Shown: one piece after another, positions 44,748 through 59,723 of the stretch
Layout of the letters: the number at the start of each line of letters is the position of its first letter
How positions within the stretch are numbered: position 1 is the first letter of the stretch
From: the human T2T-CHM13v2.0 reference genome, Homo sapiens
NCBI RefSeq assembly: GCF_009914755.1
Contig: NC_060926.1
DNA: 64,000 nucleotides
Strand: one strand, 5' to 3'
Program-made: the position numbers and the translations under genes
Notes under the pieces: model-generated
Database searches by the model: none
What the model was told of the DNA's origin: nothing
Seen by the model: the letters and a program-made list of their open reading frames with translations, nothing else

Positions 44748-44813
44748 TGTGTTGTGTGTGTGTGTGTGTGTGTGTGTGTCTGGGGAATTTCTCTCTCTCT
44801 CTCTCTCTCTGTC
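44711..44813. repeat. ggaattt(CT)n-(TG)n-ggaattt(CT)n compound microsatellite
   Basis: Direct reading. Confidence 0.92.
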
Positions 44814-45349
44814 TCATTCTGTCTTCCTTACCTTTTCTCTCTTCCCTTTTCTCCAAATTCCTTACCATTGGTTCAGTCAAATAAAAGACCAGGATTTTAT
44901 GATGAATTTTACTCCGCAAAAAATCTTCTACTCGTGGTATAAATATGGATGTTAAACTATAAATAGTAGGCATTCCAAAATAGTTAACTTTTAAGCTATT
45001 TTTATTATGGCTAAGTAATGATACTGGAATTAAAAAAAAAAGGTAATGTTTTCTGACTTTGCACAATTCTGTTACCTACAAAAAAGCTTGAGATGGGCTC
45101 ATTTTAGTCACATTTTTAATTAATTCATTCATTTATACCTTACCTACTTCCCAAAATACTTGCAACACAGGGCAATAGCGATAGATAGAATAGACAGAAA
45201 CTACTGGGAATTAATTAAAACTGGAGATTAATTAAAACTGGAATCAAAATCAAATATAAATTTGTATACATGTGTTTGCAGAAAGAACTTACAAATCTTT
45301 TTGAAAACCTAATTTTGCAGAGGGCAATGGGAAACTTTTTTTATTCTTC

Positions 45350-46700
45350 TCTGATTATAAAGGAAGATAGAATCATCAAAAATATTAAAGCATTACATAA
45401 ATTATAGAAAATAAAAAGCTTTACTTTCAGGTCTTGGTAATTCTATTCTCCAAGGATAACCACTGATCATTTGTAGATTATCTAATATGACTTTATTCTC
45501 TATCTCTACATATGTATAAACACACATATACTACATACATATATACATGTGTATCTTACGCAACTTTGTTCGATTATTTCTTTAGGACAGATTCCTAGAA
45601 GTGGAATTGCTGTGTCAGAGAGTAGGCACTTAAAATTCCTGATTGTCCTCCAGAAATATTGTGGCTATTTACGTCACTAACTTGATACAAGAGTACCTGT
45701 TGTCTCATACCCTAGAAGATGATCGATTACAGTATTTTAAGATTTTATTTAATCTGAGAGGTGAAAAAAAGCTTCATTAATGTTTCTGTAATGATTAGCT
45801 GAGCTGAATAACTTTCCATGGATGTATTGACCATTTGTATTTTTATTTGGTGATTGCCTGTTTGACTTTTGTGTCTTTGCTCTCATATATGCTGCAAATA
45901 ACTTGCTCTTTTTGACATTTATCTTAAAATTTGTTAATTGAGCTTTTTTGGTTCAATTTTTTTGCATTTTATTAAATAAAATATTTTTCTTTATGGCTTC
46001 TGACATTGATGTCATGCCAAGAAAGGCCTTTTTCACACAAAGATTATGAAACATGAAAAATATTTTCATCTATTTATCTTTGGTACTTTTATAGCTTTGG
46101 GTTTTTTTGCATTAAACTATATAATACACTAGTGCAGTGGCTCATGCCTATAATCCCAGCACTTTGGGAGGCTGATGCAGGAGGATGGAGTTTGATTCTA
46201 GGAGTTTGAGGCTGCAGTGAGCTATGATCATGCCACTGCACTGTAGCCTGGGCAACAGAGTGAGATCCTGTCTCTAAAAAGAAAAATAAATAAATAATAT
46301 ATAATACATCTAGAATTTAGTTTGGAGGTAATTTATTTTGTAAGATTATTAGTCATTTAACTCAACAGCAGTTATTGGATAATCCATAATTTATCTGTGG
46401 ATTTTAAAAGATACTTTTTGATAAATTCCTATACATACATGGGTTTGTTTCAGGACTCCACTCTCTGTGGTAATTTGTATCATGTTGTTTTGATTAATGT
46501 AGCTGTGTAGAATATTTGATTTCTGAAAGGGCATGTTCCCCCTCATTACTCTTCATTTAAAATAATTTTTAGCCTGTTTTCAACATGCCCACTTTGATTT
46601 GAACTTTATAATCAATTTGTTCATTTAAAATAAATCCCTACTGGGATTTTGATTGGAATTGCATTAAATGTATGCTTTAATTTTTGAGATAACACCTTAA
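45350..46700 (-). mobile_element. L1ME-like
   Basis: attcctagaagtggaattgctg; gggattttgattggaattgcatt. Confidence 0.7.
46130..46297 (+). mobile_element. FRAM-like Alu monomer
   Basis: Single arm; TSD tatataataca. Confidence 0.8.
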
Positions 46701-46812
46701 AACTTTATTTTCTATTGTCATGGTATTTGAATTTGTAAATTCACTAAGCCAATTTCTACTCAACCCTGAGGTTTCAGTTTAAACCTTGCTTTTCCCAGGA
46801 AACCTTTCTTAA

Positions 46813-47161
<349 letters not shown>

Positions 47162-47165
47162 GAAG

Positions 47166-47489
47166 TTTTATTTTTAATTTTATTTAAAATTTATTTTTTA
47201 GAGATGATGCCTTACTCGTTTGCCCAGGCTACAGTGCAGCGGTGTGATCTTGGCTCATTGTAACCTCAAACTCCTGGGCTGAGCAAGTCTCCTGCCTCAG
47301 CCTCACAAGTGGCTGGGACTATAGGCATGCACCACCGTGCCCAGCTAATTAAAAATGTTTTTTTGTAGCAATGAGGTCTCTCTATATTGCTCAGGCTGGT
47401 CTCAAACTCTTGGGCTCAAGTGATCTTCCCACCTCTGCCTCCAACTCCCAAAGTGCTGGGATTACAGGTGTGAGCCACCACATCCAACC
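47166..47489 (-). mobile_element. AluJ-like
   Basis: Antisense dimer in tandem with the previous copy. Confidence 0.93.
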
Positions 47490-47680
47490 ATTACTCTGTT
47501 TTTATCCTCATCAAACCACTTGTCTTGTTATATTATAAAGGCTTCTTGACTTAGTTATCTTTCACTAGATTCTAACCTCCTTGATAGAAAGGATCATATG
47601 CTAGTTATCGTTGCTTTTGCAATAACAAGTTCAGAGCCTGCCTTATAGTCATTCAATAAATACTTATCTTTCCTTTGCAG

Positions 47681-47796
47681 TCTGTATTTAGAAACTATGA
47701 TCACGACCATGATGGGTACATTTCCCAAGAGGACTTTGAAAGTATAGCTGCCAATTTTCCCTTCTTGGATTCCTTCTGTGTTCTGGACAAAGATCA
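47681..47796 (+). CDS. RASGRP3: Coding exon 11 ([19 protein letters not shown]...LDKD-Q), EF-hand 1
   Basis: tttgcag| ... CA|gtaagt; DxDxDG loop. Confidence 0.97.
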
Positions 47797-48200
47797 GTAA
47801 GTTTTAATTTTGTTTTATTTTAATGCAACTATCCTAAAGCAGAAAATTATTATCAGAGGAGAGAAGGGAAACTTGTAATTTGCATCTTGACAGCTTCAAC
47901 CCTGGTGCTTTGATGAGCCAGGTTTAATTTGTCACTGATTATTTTCTTGGTGTGTATGAACATGACCTGAATGGAATCACAGGGAAGACCATGTTGTCAG
48001 TGTTGAACACAAGTGCACATTTGTAAATTATCCAAGCACTCCATTTGCTATATTGCTTCTATTGCTTAGGTCTCAACCTCAAAAAATCTCCACCAAAAAA
48101 GAGTAGAGGAGAAATATTGTTAGATCTAACCTGGGAGAGTCCTCAAAATTAGTGCACCTGGAAGCAATCTTAAAATTCATGAAGATTTTAAAAAAATTTT

Positions 48201-48548
<348 letters not shown>

Positions 48549-48881
48549 TCATGCTTTGTTTTCTCTTTGATTGATCAAAGGTTGTCTTGATAAAGAAAAA
48601 ATATATTGCTTTTTAGCGTCAAATGATTCCTAAAAATTAAATCGCTTTAGATACTAAAACCCAACTCATTAAAAGAAAATAATGATCTGAAAAAAAAAAA
48701 CTGCTGAGAAATCCTGGCATTAATAATTTGATTAATTGTTAATAGTACGAGATTAGTTCCTAATTTAAAAATCACCTGTAAGGAAATGCTGGATTTTGTT
48801 TTGGTAAAATGGGCAAATTAAATTACATTAAAATTCTCTAATATTTTTGCTGGTATGAGAATTCTTAAAAAACGAAATCTG

Positions 48882-49001
48882 GAGCCGGATGCGATACCTC
48901 ACACCTGTAATGCCAGCACTGTGGGAGGCTGAGATAGTAGGATTATTTGAAGACAGGAGTTTGAGACCAGCCTGGGCAACATAGTGGGAACCTTGTCTCT
49001 A
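48882..49001 (+). mobile_element. FLAM monomer
   Basis: Left-arm only. Confidence 0.8.
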
Positions 49002-49964
49002 ACTATTTTTTTTTAATTGAATTTAAAAAATAAAATCTGTAATTCAACACACCAAGAAAAGTCTTGACACATTAACATAACTTAAAATCTTAAATTCATC
49101 TTCATTATATACCCAGAACAAAGAATACTTTTAAAATAAATTTAATTAGAAACATTAACTTCCTTTACAAAGTAAAATTTAAATTGCCTGCTAACTACCC
49201 ACTTCTTTGCTTAGTTTGTTACTATTAGTGACATGTAAATAGGACATTGACTTAAAATAACTTCCTAGTCTTCATTTCTTTTATCTGTTGGTTCTAGAGA
49301 CAAAATTGAGATTGTCCTAGCAAATATTTGTGTCTATCTCTATCTCTATATCATCCTTATCTCTACTTATTGATATCTATAGAATTGTTTTCTATGAATG
49401 AAGGTTTGGACTATTCATATCTTGCTTACATGACACTAAAGTTTTGAGTGGTTAATACTGGAAAGTCTCAAAAAGATGTTTTCTCTAAGGTACTGTTTTC
49501 CAAACGATGTTCCACAGAAGTAGCTATTAATTAGTACTTTTGAAAAAGGAACTAAGTAGTCACATGTGAGAAACACAGGGTTAAATCTCATTAAATAGGT
49601 GTCTTTACTGTGTGACTTCCCAAAGCTTTTAATAGGCTGGTGTATTACGCTGTGAGTCCCTAGGAGGGGAGATGAGCTAATGCACTGTTACACAAATTTA
49701 TGTACCAAATGATGTAATAAATTTGTGGGACAATGCATTCATAAATTCATTTATCATATATATAATAAAGATTGTTTTTGGCCTCTTCATTATGAAATCT
49801 GTGCCCATTCCTTTGAGTAGGCAAAGGACACGAATAGACACTTCTGTAAAGAAGACATACATGTGGACAATAAGCATATGAAAAAAAGCTCAATATCACT
49901 GATAATTAGAGAAATGCAAATCAAAACTACGATGAGATATCACCTCACACCAGTCAGAATGGCT

Positions 49965-50627
<663 letters not shown>

Positions 50628-50952
50628 CTAGTGAAGTTGCAGAGGAAAGGGAACACTTATACACTGTTGGGAGTATAATTCATTCAACCATTGTGGAAAG
50701 CAGTATGGCGATTCCTCAAGCAGCTAAAAACAGAACTACACTTCAACCCAGCAATCCCATTACTGGGTATATACCCAGAGGAATAGAAATCATTCTACAG
50801 TAAAGACACAGGCATATGAGTGTTCATTGCAGCACTATTCAAATATCAAAGTCATGTAATCAACCTAAATGCCCATCAATAACAGATTGGATAAAGAAAA
50901 TGTGGTACATATACATCATGGACTATTATGCAGCCATAAAAAAGAACGAGAT

Positions 50953-51250
50953 TGCCAGGCACGGTGGCTCATGCCTGTAATCCCAGCACTTTGGGAGGCT
51001 GAGGCAGGCGGAACACCTGAGTCGGGAGCTCGAGACCAGTCTGACCAACATGGAGAAACCCCATCTCTACTGAAAATACAAAAATTAGCCGGGCGTGGTG
51101 ACACATGTCGGAGGCTGAGGCAGGAGAATCACTTGAACCCAAGAGGGAGAGGTTGTGGTGAGCCAAGATCGCACCATTGCACTCCAGCCTGGGTAACAAG
51201 AGCGAATCTCTGTCTCAGGGAAAAAAAAAAAAAAAAAAAAAAGAGAGAGA
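50953..51250 (+). mobile_element. Alu with internal deletions
   Basis: TSD gaa.gagat. Confidence 0.92.
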
Positions 51251-51469
51251 GAATGAGATCATGTGTTTTGCAGGAACGCGGATGGAAGTGGAGGCTATCA
51301 TCCCTAGCAAACTAACGCAGGAACAGAAAACCAAATACCACAGGTTCTCACTTCTAAGTGAGAGCTAAATGATGAGAACTCAAGAACACAAAGAAGGGAA
51401 TAAGAGACGCTGGTGCCTCCTTGATGGCGGACGTTTGGAGGAGCAGAAAAAATAACTGTTAGGTGCTAG

Positions 51470-51650
51470 GCTGTGCCAAATTTCCCCGCAAGCTTGAGAA
51501 TATAGAATCCTTTTTTTTTTTTTTTTTTTTTGCCTCCTACGCAAAATAACTTTAATAATACTTATAAAGTACAAAAATCAAAGTTATTTTGCATAGGAGG
51601 TAAGAAAGGGATCTTAAGTTCTCAAGCCTGGGGGAAAATTGTGGCACAGC
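51470..51650. repeat. 181-bp imperfect inverted repeat
   Basis: Arms gctgtgcca...cctcctacgcaaaataacttt / aaagttattttgcataggagg...tggcacagc. Confidence 0.9.
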
Positions 51651-52235
51651 AAACAGTAATAGGGAAGCCTGGGCAGGGAGTACAGGGAAGAAAGAGATGA
51701 AGTTGGACTTAGATCCGTTGATTGAGACAGAGAGTGGATCATCAGGAAGAGAGGTCTAGCAAGTTGTCAAAGATGCAGTGCAAAAATTCAGGACAACAGT
51801 CAGGGCTGGAGATGGAGATTAAGTCTTCAGCCCCACTGTAAGCTGGAGTCTCGATCTTGTGAGCAAACTCTGGTGGGAACTCTTAGAGGGAGGTGAGCTC
51901 AGGGCCTGAGGAATGAGCCTTCAGGGACTCGCCTCCTACATGCAGGCATTGAAAGGAGTCAGAGGGCCCTGCAGGTGAGCTGGAGAAGGGGGAGCTGGAG
52001 AGGAAGGAGGAGAAGCGGGGTGGCATGCAATTCCAGGGTGCCTAAGGGGAGAGCGCCAAAAGAAGGAAACATGTCTCCGTGTTACCTCCTGCCAATGAGA
52101 AAAGGCCACTGAGGATGTTCTTGGTGACAGATTTGTAGGGTTAGAAAACCAAGTGGCATAAACAGTACCTGGAGGAAATGATAAAAGAACCTAAGGGTTT
52201 CTCTTTTTGAAAACTTCGGGAGTAAAAGAAGGTAG
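51600..52235 (-). mobile_element. L2
   Basis: gtcagggctggagatggagat antisense L2 motifs. Confidence 0.6.
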
Positions 52236-52541
<306 letters not shown>

Positions 52542-52857
52542 GAAGGTAGAAAGAAAAGACATCTGTTGGAGATGGCAGCAGGACTGAAGAAGGGGATTTT
52601 TCAGGTAGGAAAGTCCTGAGCGTATTTGTGAACGGAGGAAGAAACAGGGGAAGAGACTGAGCATAACCTGGAAGGAGGAGAGTCCCGGGGAGGCTGGAGA
52701 GTGCTGGATGGCACAACTCTTCCTCTGAGAGAGGACTCCCAAGAGAGGACATAGGAGGTAGAAAAGAATTCTGAACTGGAAAGGAAAGGTGTGATCGCCA
52801 GCAAATGCTAATGGACAAAGAAGCAAGATTGAGCTCACCTGTGTCAAGTGGATCCAA

Positions 52858-53150
<293 letters not shown>

Positions 53151-53759
53151 TGATCATTTTTGATAAACAAGAAGTCAGCGTATGTGGTGAGTAGGGGTAG
53201 GAAGGTGGGAAGGACCAGAGGTTTGTTCTGTGTGGAGTAGATCTGGAAGAATTGCTCCCAGCCAGTCGCAGTGAATGGGCTATGAGCCACTAAGATATGA
53301 GTGAAAATATCACCAAGGAGCCCGGACAGCATCAAGCTGAATGAATTTGAGAATGGTCAGCCCAGTTATTACAGTTCTCTGCCTTTCTCCATCATCCTAA
53401 TTCTTGCAACCTTACAGCTAGGCAAGGACTAGAAAGATGTCCTTCAGGAAGCTGCTTTTCATAATAAAGACTTTCTGTGCTGCGGTGCACAGGCCACGTG
53501 TGCTTACATGAATATGCTCCTGCACACACACACACACACGCAGGATGCACACATACACAATTTTCTGCTTACTGAAAAAGGCTTTGAACACCTGAAGATG
53601 CCTTTTGAGGTTTGCTCCTTCTCTGAGATGTAATAGAGAAGTGAATGTGCCTCAACTGCTTTTGGCCACAAAGGTTTGGGAGGTGGGTGATTAAAGTGTG
53701 GCAACTACTTAGCAACCTGTTATTTAAAGATTCCCTCCCTTCTTTGATTCTCTTAACAG

Positions 53760-53907
53760 GGATGGCCTAATTAGTAAAGATGAAATGATGGCTTACTTCC
53801 TGAGAGCTAAATCCCAACTACACTGTAAAATGGGACCAGGATTTATCCATAATTTTCAGGAGATGACCTATCTCAAGCCAACCTTCTGCGAACACTGTGC
53901 GGGATTT
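53760..53907 (+). CDS. RASGRP3: Coding exon 12 ([10 protein letters not shown]...[20 protein letters not shown]), EF-hand 2 and C1 start
   Basis: ttaacag| ... TTT|gtaagt; HxF...CxxC. Confidence 0.97.
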
Positions 53908-54364
53908 GTAAGTCTGTTTTCCGTTGTTTTCTTATGTGTGTAGTTATTTGTGTGGCATTCTGAAAAAGTAGGAAAATGATACACTAAATAAAGTTCACTG
54001 TCTGCTTTGAATCAGAAGTAAAATGTGATGGCTCCCTGAAATTGAAGATTAAACACCAAAGGCAAGGTTTAGTTATTTTCTAGGAATGCAGGGCTAGCAA
54101 AAACAGGGAAGGCTGGTGAGGGCTGTTAACTCAAGAGAGTGGTTTTGTTTATTACTCCCTGCCAGGGAAAAGTGTCAGCCCAATGAGCCCTGGCATTCAT
54201 CACTAATATTCATAAGTGGTTGCAATTAAGAGGTGCATTTATCTTAGCGAGTTCCTTCCAGTTTTCATTTCATGGGGTATTAGTGACCAGAAATCCGTCA
54301 TGGCATGGTTCAATAATTCACAACTCAAAAAGGAAGAAAAAATCTTTTTGGAGAGAAGCTGGTT

Positions 54365-54610
54365 ATAATAATAAATAACATTTACTCAATGCTTGACGGT
54401 AACAAAGTACTTCCATAGACATTATGGTAACTAATCCTCATAGCAAGCCCTTGAAGTGGGTATTTTACTTTCACCATCTTGCTTATGAAGATAGAGGTTC
54501 AAAGAGGATAACCCAGGTTCCCGAGGATTGCACAGCTAATCATTACCAGAGCTTGGACTCCGACACAGGTGTACTGACTGTCAGCCCTGTGCTTCACCTA
54601 CACCACTGCA
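54365..54610 (-). mobile_element. MIR
   Basis: taacatttactcaatgctt..aatcctcatagcaagccc. Confidence 0.7.
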
Positions 54611-55186
54611 ACAAATTAAGACTGCATGCTTCCTTCCCCCACCTTTGATAATTCTTTGGGAACCAAGGTCAGTTTTTGATCCTGGCCTTAACAGAAACTC
54701 CTGGGCCCTGAATGTCTCCAGTTGATAATCCAAGTTAAATAAAATGGGAAATGTGGTATTCCAGGTGAGGGAGGCCCAGCACCCAGAGGAGTATGACAAT
54801 CGCCCCTTTTTCTAGATGCCAGAGCTCAGTCGTGTTAGCTTTATTTGGCAGCCATGTCCTCCTGTTGACTCGTTGACCCATATTGAATTTGTTGCCGATA
54901 TTATACGCTACCAGAAATTACATTTTTCCCATCCCATGCTCAAAGAACTGGCTTTCAGGAGCCCAATGCAGGAGTCTGTGTTCAAGCACACACTCCTCTG
55001 AGAATGGGTAAATAAGAGGCAGCCGTTTCCTCAAAGACGGCCCCAGGTGGTCATAGCAGCTGATGTGACACAGGGGAAAGCCAGTCTAACTAGCTCTCTT
55101 TATTCACTGCAGAGAAGGTGAAGTTCTTCTTTAGTATCTCCACTGGGATTGCATGACCAGACCATTTTATCATAAAACAAATGGTT

Positions 55187-55480
55187 GGCCAGGCGCGGTG
55201 GCTCATGTGTGTAATCCCAGAAATTTGGAAGGCCAAGGCAAGCAGATCACCTGAGGTCAGAAGTTTGAGACCAACCTGGCCAACATGGTGAAAACCCGTC
55301 TCTACCAAAAATACAAAAATTAGCAGGGCATGGTGGCAGGTGCCTGTAATCCTAGCTTCTCAGGAGGCTGAGGCAGGAGAATCATTTGAACCTGGGAGGC
55401 AGAGGTTGCACTGGGCCAAGATCATGCCACTGCACTCCAGCCTGGGTGACAGAGCGAGACTCAGTCTCAAAACAAAACAA
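55187..55480 (+). mobile_element. Alu
   Basis: TSD aaatggt. Confidence 0.95.
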
Positions 55481-55709
55481 AATGGTCTCCTTTTTCATGT
55501 TTCTCTATTCTGATGGAAATTTTTGGAAATACCTAGACCTGAAAATTCTGATGTGGGATGGGGCCGTGCATAACACGCTCCTACAGAGTGGGACCCAGTA
55601 AACAAAAGGTCAGGCTGCTGGGCCATGGTATGGCTCAGCCAAAAGTCAGGATGATGCATCTGTCTTTTGGTGGGCTGTGAGAGTCAGAAGACCCTTATCA
55701 AATCTCAAG

Positions 55710-55822
55710 GTCCCGGGTGCTGTGGCATGGACCTGTAGTCCCAGGTACTCAGGAGGCTGAGGCAGGGGGATAGCTTGAGCCCAAGAGTTCAACTCCAGCC
55801 TGGGCAATATAAAGAGACACCT
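55710..55822 (+). mobile_element. FLAM monomer
   Basis: Single arm. Confidence 0.75.
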
Positions 55823-55867
55823 GCCACTGCCATCGCTAAATATAATAATAACAATAATAAAAAACTC

Positions 55868-56202
<335 letters not shown>

Positions 56203-56349
56203 TTATCTCCGCTCTCTAGTCCTTCTGTCCTGCCCCTCCCTTTTACAGAGGCCCTGATTCTGTAGGAGCAGCAAGGTAGACTTTCTTGGAAGTTCCACAC
56301 CTGTCTCCCTGACTCATTGGAGCAGACCTGCTGGTGCTACATTCTTGAT

Positions 56350-56520
56350 GCAGCTGTGATGAAGTAGAAAGCTCTGGACCTGGAGTCTGGAACCCTGGGT
56401 TAAAGTTTTGCCCTTGCTAACTCTATGTCCTTGACCAAGTTATTCACCATCTTTGGGTCTATTTCTATCTGTAAAAGGGAGTTAATACTTACCCACCATG
56501 TTGTTGCATGATAAAATACT
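56350..56520 (+). mobile_element. MIR
   Basis: ggacctggagtctggaaccctggg..tctgtaaaa. Confidence 0.7.
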
Positions 56521-56869
56521 ATTAGACACGTTGCACGTCACATGGCTCGGAGTACACATTTTTTATGTATTCCTTGATACTTTGAGAGTTTAATTGAAAT
56601 TAACTCATTTAAAATTTTTACAGCTGTTTTTGTTTTTAAAATATATTTAATTTTATTGGTACGATTTGATTTGATCTTTACTGACACTCATGTCAAAAAG
56701 CCCATTGGTTTTCAAAGGAATTTATAACTATAGCTCTATAGATGTGTCATTGAAAGGAATTGTGGGAGAATGGTTCCAGTGCCGGAACCATCTGCTTTTA
56801 AAATAAATTCCATTTTAAGTTTAAGGAAGACAAACAGACTTGCTCTGCAGAAGATTTACTTTAGAATTA

Positions 56870-57040
56870 GAATTCCAGAACTGAAAGAGTGTTAGTAATT
56901 CCCTTATTTTGTAGATGAAGAAACTGAGGTCTGGAGAAGTTAAGTGACTTCCCCCAAGGTCACACAGATCATTAGCAGCAAAACCATGAGTCACACCCAG
57001 GTCTCCTGACTCTCAGTCCAGTGTGCCTTACACCACAATT
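56870..57040 (-). mobile_element. MIR/MIR3
   Basis: gatgaagaaactgagg..taagtgacttcccccaaggtcacac. Confidence 0.8.
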
Positions 57041-57424
57041 ACTCCAAATATGACAGCAGCCGGTGGTCTCAAATCAAAGGACTGTGGGAAATACTCCTGC
57101 ATACCCATCCACATGAGTTCATCCTCTACTGTTCTTGGCAGGCACACTGACCCAGTGCCTCTTCCTAGCTACTGTTTGTTCCTGGCTATTAAGTAAGCAT
57201 TAGCAAACCTACCTCCCCACCCCCACCCCCAGCACCCTTGCTTGACTGTATCTTTTTCAGCAGTTCCTGCAGCAATGCTAATAATGTAACATATCTGGAT
57301 ATTAGGATGTCTCTTCTTAAATCTTATCCTTTCTTGTCCCACCTCAGTGCCTTTGCTCACACAACAGTATGCAGGGGCAATGGCTTCCTGTCTTTCCCTC
57401 AAGTGACACATTCTTCTTTCCCTC

Positions 57425-57630
57425 ACTAGCTATGAGACCTTGCCAAGGGACTTTACCTCTCTGTAGGTCAGTCTCCTCATCTGTAAAAATGAGAAAAATA
57501 TTATTACCTACACCATAAGGACATCATGAGCAATTAAATAAGCTAATATGTATAAAGAGCCTAACTGTGCCTTTCACATAGCAAGAGTTCAAGAAATGTT
57601 AACTATCATCATTATTATTGCTATTATCAT
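57425..57630 (+). mobile_element. MIR
   Basis: ctcctcatctgtaaaaatgag. Confidence 0.75.
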
Positions 57631-57890
57631 TACCAAGGGCTCCAGAGAAAGAATTTCCAGGTTGTGGGAGATTGCAAATTATCTAACTTCCTGGATCATC
57701 ACATTCACCTTTTACAAAAGAGAAGCAAACTAGATTATCATAAAGATCAAGCTGTGATGATCCTGGCCACCACTGCCCTTTTCTGGATCATGCCCCTCTC
57801 TCTTCCAGCCATCCTTGCTTCTACTTAGTTGTCAGATAATCCTTCCTGTCCCTAAGACAAAATACTGCTCTGTCCTAGGAGACATTTGCA

Positions 57891-58192
57891 TTTTATTTAT
57901 TTATTATTATTATTTTTTCTTTGAGATAGAATCTCTCTCTGTCGCCTGCAGTGGCGCGATCTTGGCTCACTGCAACCTCTACCTCCTGGGTTCAAGTGAT
58001 TCTCCTGCCTCAGTCTCCTGAATAGCTGGGACTATAGGCACACACCACCATGCCCAGCTAATTTTTGTATTTTTAGTAGTGACGGGGTTTCACCATGTTG
58101 GCCAGGATGGTCTTGATCTCTTGAGCTCATGATCCGCCCGCCTCGGCCTCCGAAAGTGCTGGGATTACAGGCGTGAGCCACCGCGCCCGGCT
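57891..58192 (-). mobile_element. Alu
   Basis: TSD gacatttgcatttta. Confidence 0.95.
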
Positions 58193-58551
58193 GACATTTG
58201 CATTTTAATATGTATTCTGAAGGACCAAATAGCTGTTAAGGCTCAAAGGAATCCTTGAGTTTTCTACTTGTGGAAGTTCCTTGTCAAAAAGAAGTAAGGA
58301 GCAGTCTTTGTATACTCTTGAGTCACTTCACATTGGCTGTGACTTACTCTTCTGGAAGAGCGGGCCATGCTGCCCACATGTGGGGGCATTGTTCACTTAT
58401 AATACATTGTGAACATTGTGAACGGCACCCCCATCAGTCCCAGTGGGCCCTGCTTTTTCAACATTATTTTATTAAGTAGATAATAGCCACCTAACCCAAA
58501 CACAAAGAGGTTAGCAATAGTTCTTCTCCAACTTGAGCTAAGCCCATTTAA

Positions 58552-58927
<376 letters not shown>

Positions 58928-59686
58928 CAGGCCCTCTTCTTTATGGTGTTTAGAAGGAGTCTGTCTGGAGAGCGAAGACACCACCACCAGGATGTCCCTG
59001 AACCCCCTGGGCAAACGCTCCCTCGTGGAACTGCAGGCCCTCACATCTCCCCTCAGGGATTTGTCACTTCCTACTTGTTAACCACGAGGATGTCACAGAC
59101 TCCTTGCTTGGCAGAATCTGAGCTTTTTCGACATCTCCTACAACCCTGGCACAGGCCAAACATAGAGCAAATGTGGAGAATGAAGACATGAATAACTAAG
59201 ATCATTTCCTCTTCTGTATTTTTCCACGGGACAAATACTACTCAGAAAATAGCCTAGCAAAATCCAAATGCTTTCACATGAGGTGCGCTTCTTCCATTGC
59301 TTCATTTCCTGTAGTGGGCGCTAAGAGCAGCTAGTGTCATTAAAAAGAGAGAGCCAGGGGCTCCCAAAGACCAAGTGGCCATCTCCTCTGTACATTTTGC
59401 TGAGAGCGCATCAGGCCAAAGTCTGGTGCATCAAACTTTAGTAGTTTCCCATCCCGGCTCCCAGTTGGCTCTGAGAAAGAAAAGGGAAAGGAAACTCATG
59501 TTATCACCACAGCTGGAAGGGGCCGGGAGAGGGTTCTTCTATCTGGCAGGAAGGGTGTTAAAAGTGGCTACATCCTGTTTGTGCCTGGCCAGTCCTGAAG
59601 CTTCCCAGGACTTCCTTTTCAGTGGCCTTGTTTTCCTTCCAGATCTATCCTCAGATTCCCTGACATTCCTTTGTCTTTTGTTACAG

Positions 59687-59723
59687 CTCTGGGGCATAAT
59701 CAAGCAAGGATACAAATGCAAAG
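59687..59723 (+). CDS. RASGRP3: Coding exon 13 (LWGIIKQGYKCK), 37-nt C1 exon
   Basis: ttacag| ... AAG|gtaaat; LWG..KQG C1 motif. Confidence 0.96.

Noticed and set aside
53748-53759. TTCTCTTAACAG resembling a U12 branch site
   Set aside because: Abuts the AG and the intron donor is GTAAGT, so it is a U2 intron
56770-56791. 8-bp stem atggttcc/ggaaccat
   Set aside because: Expected by chance in 64 kb
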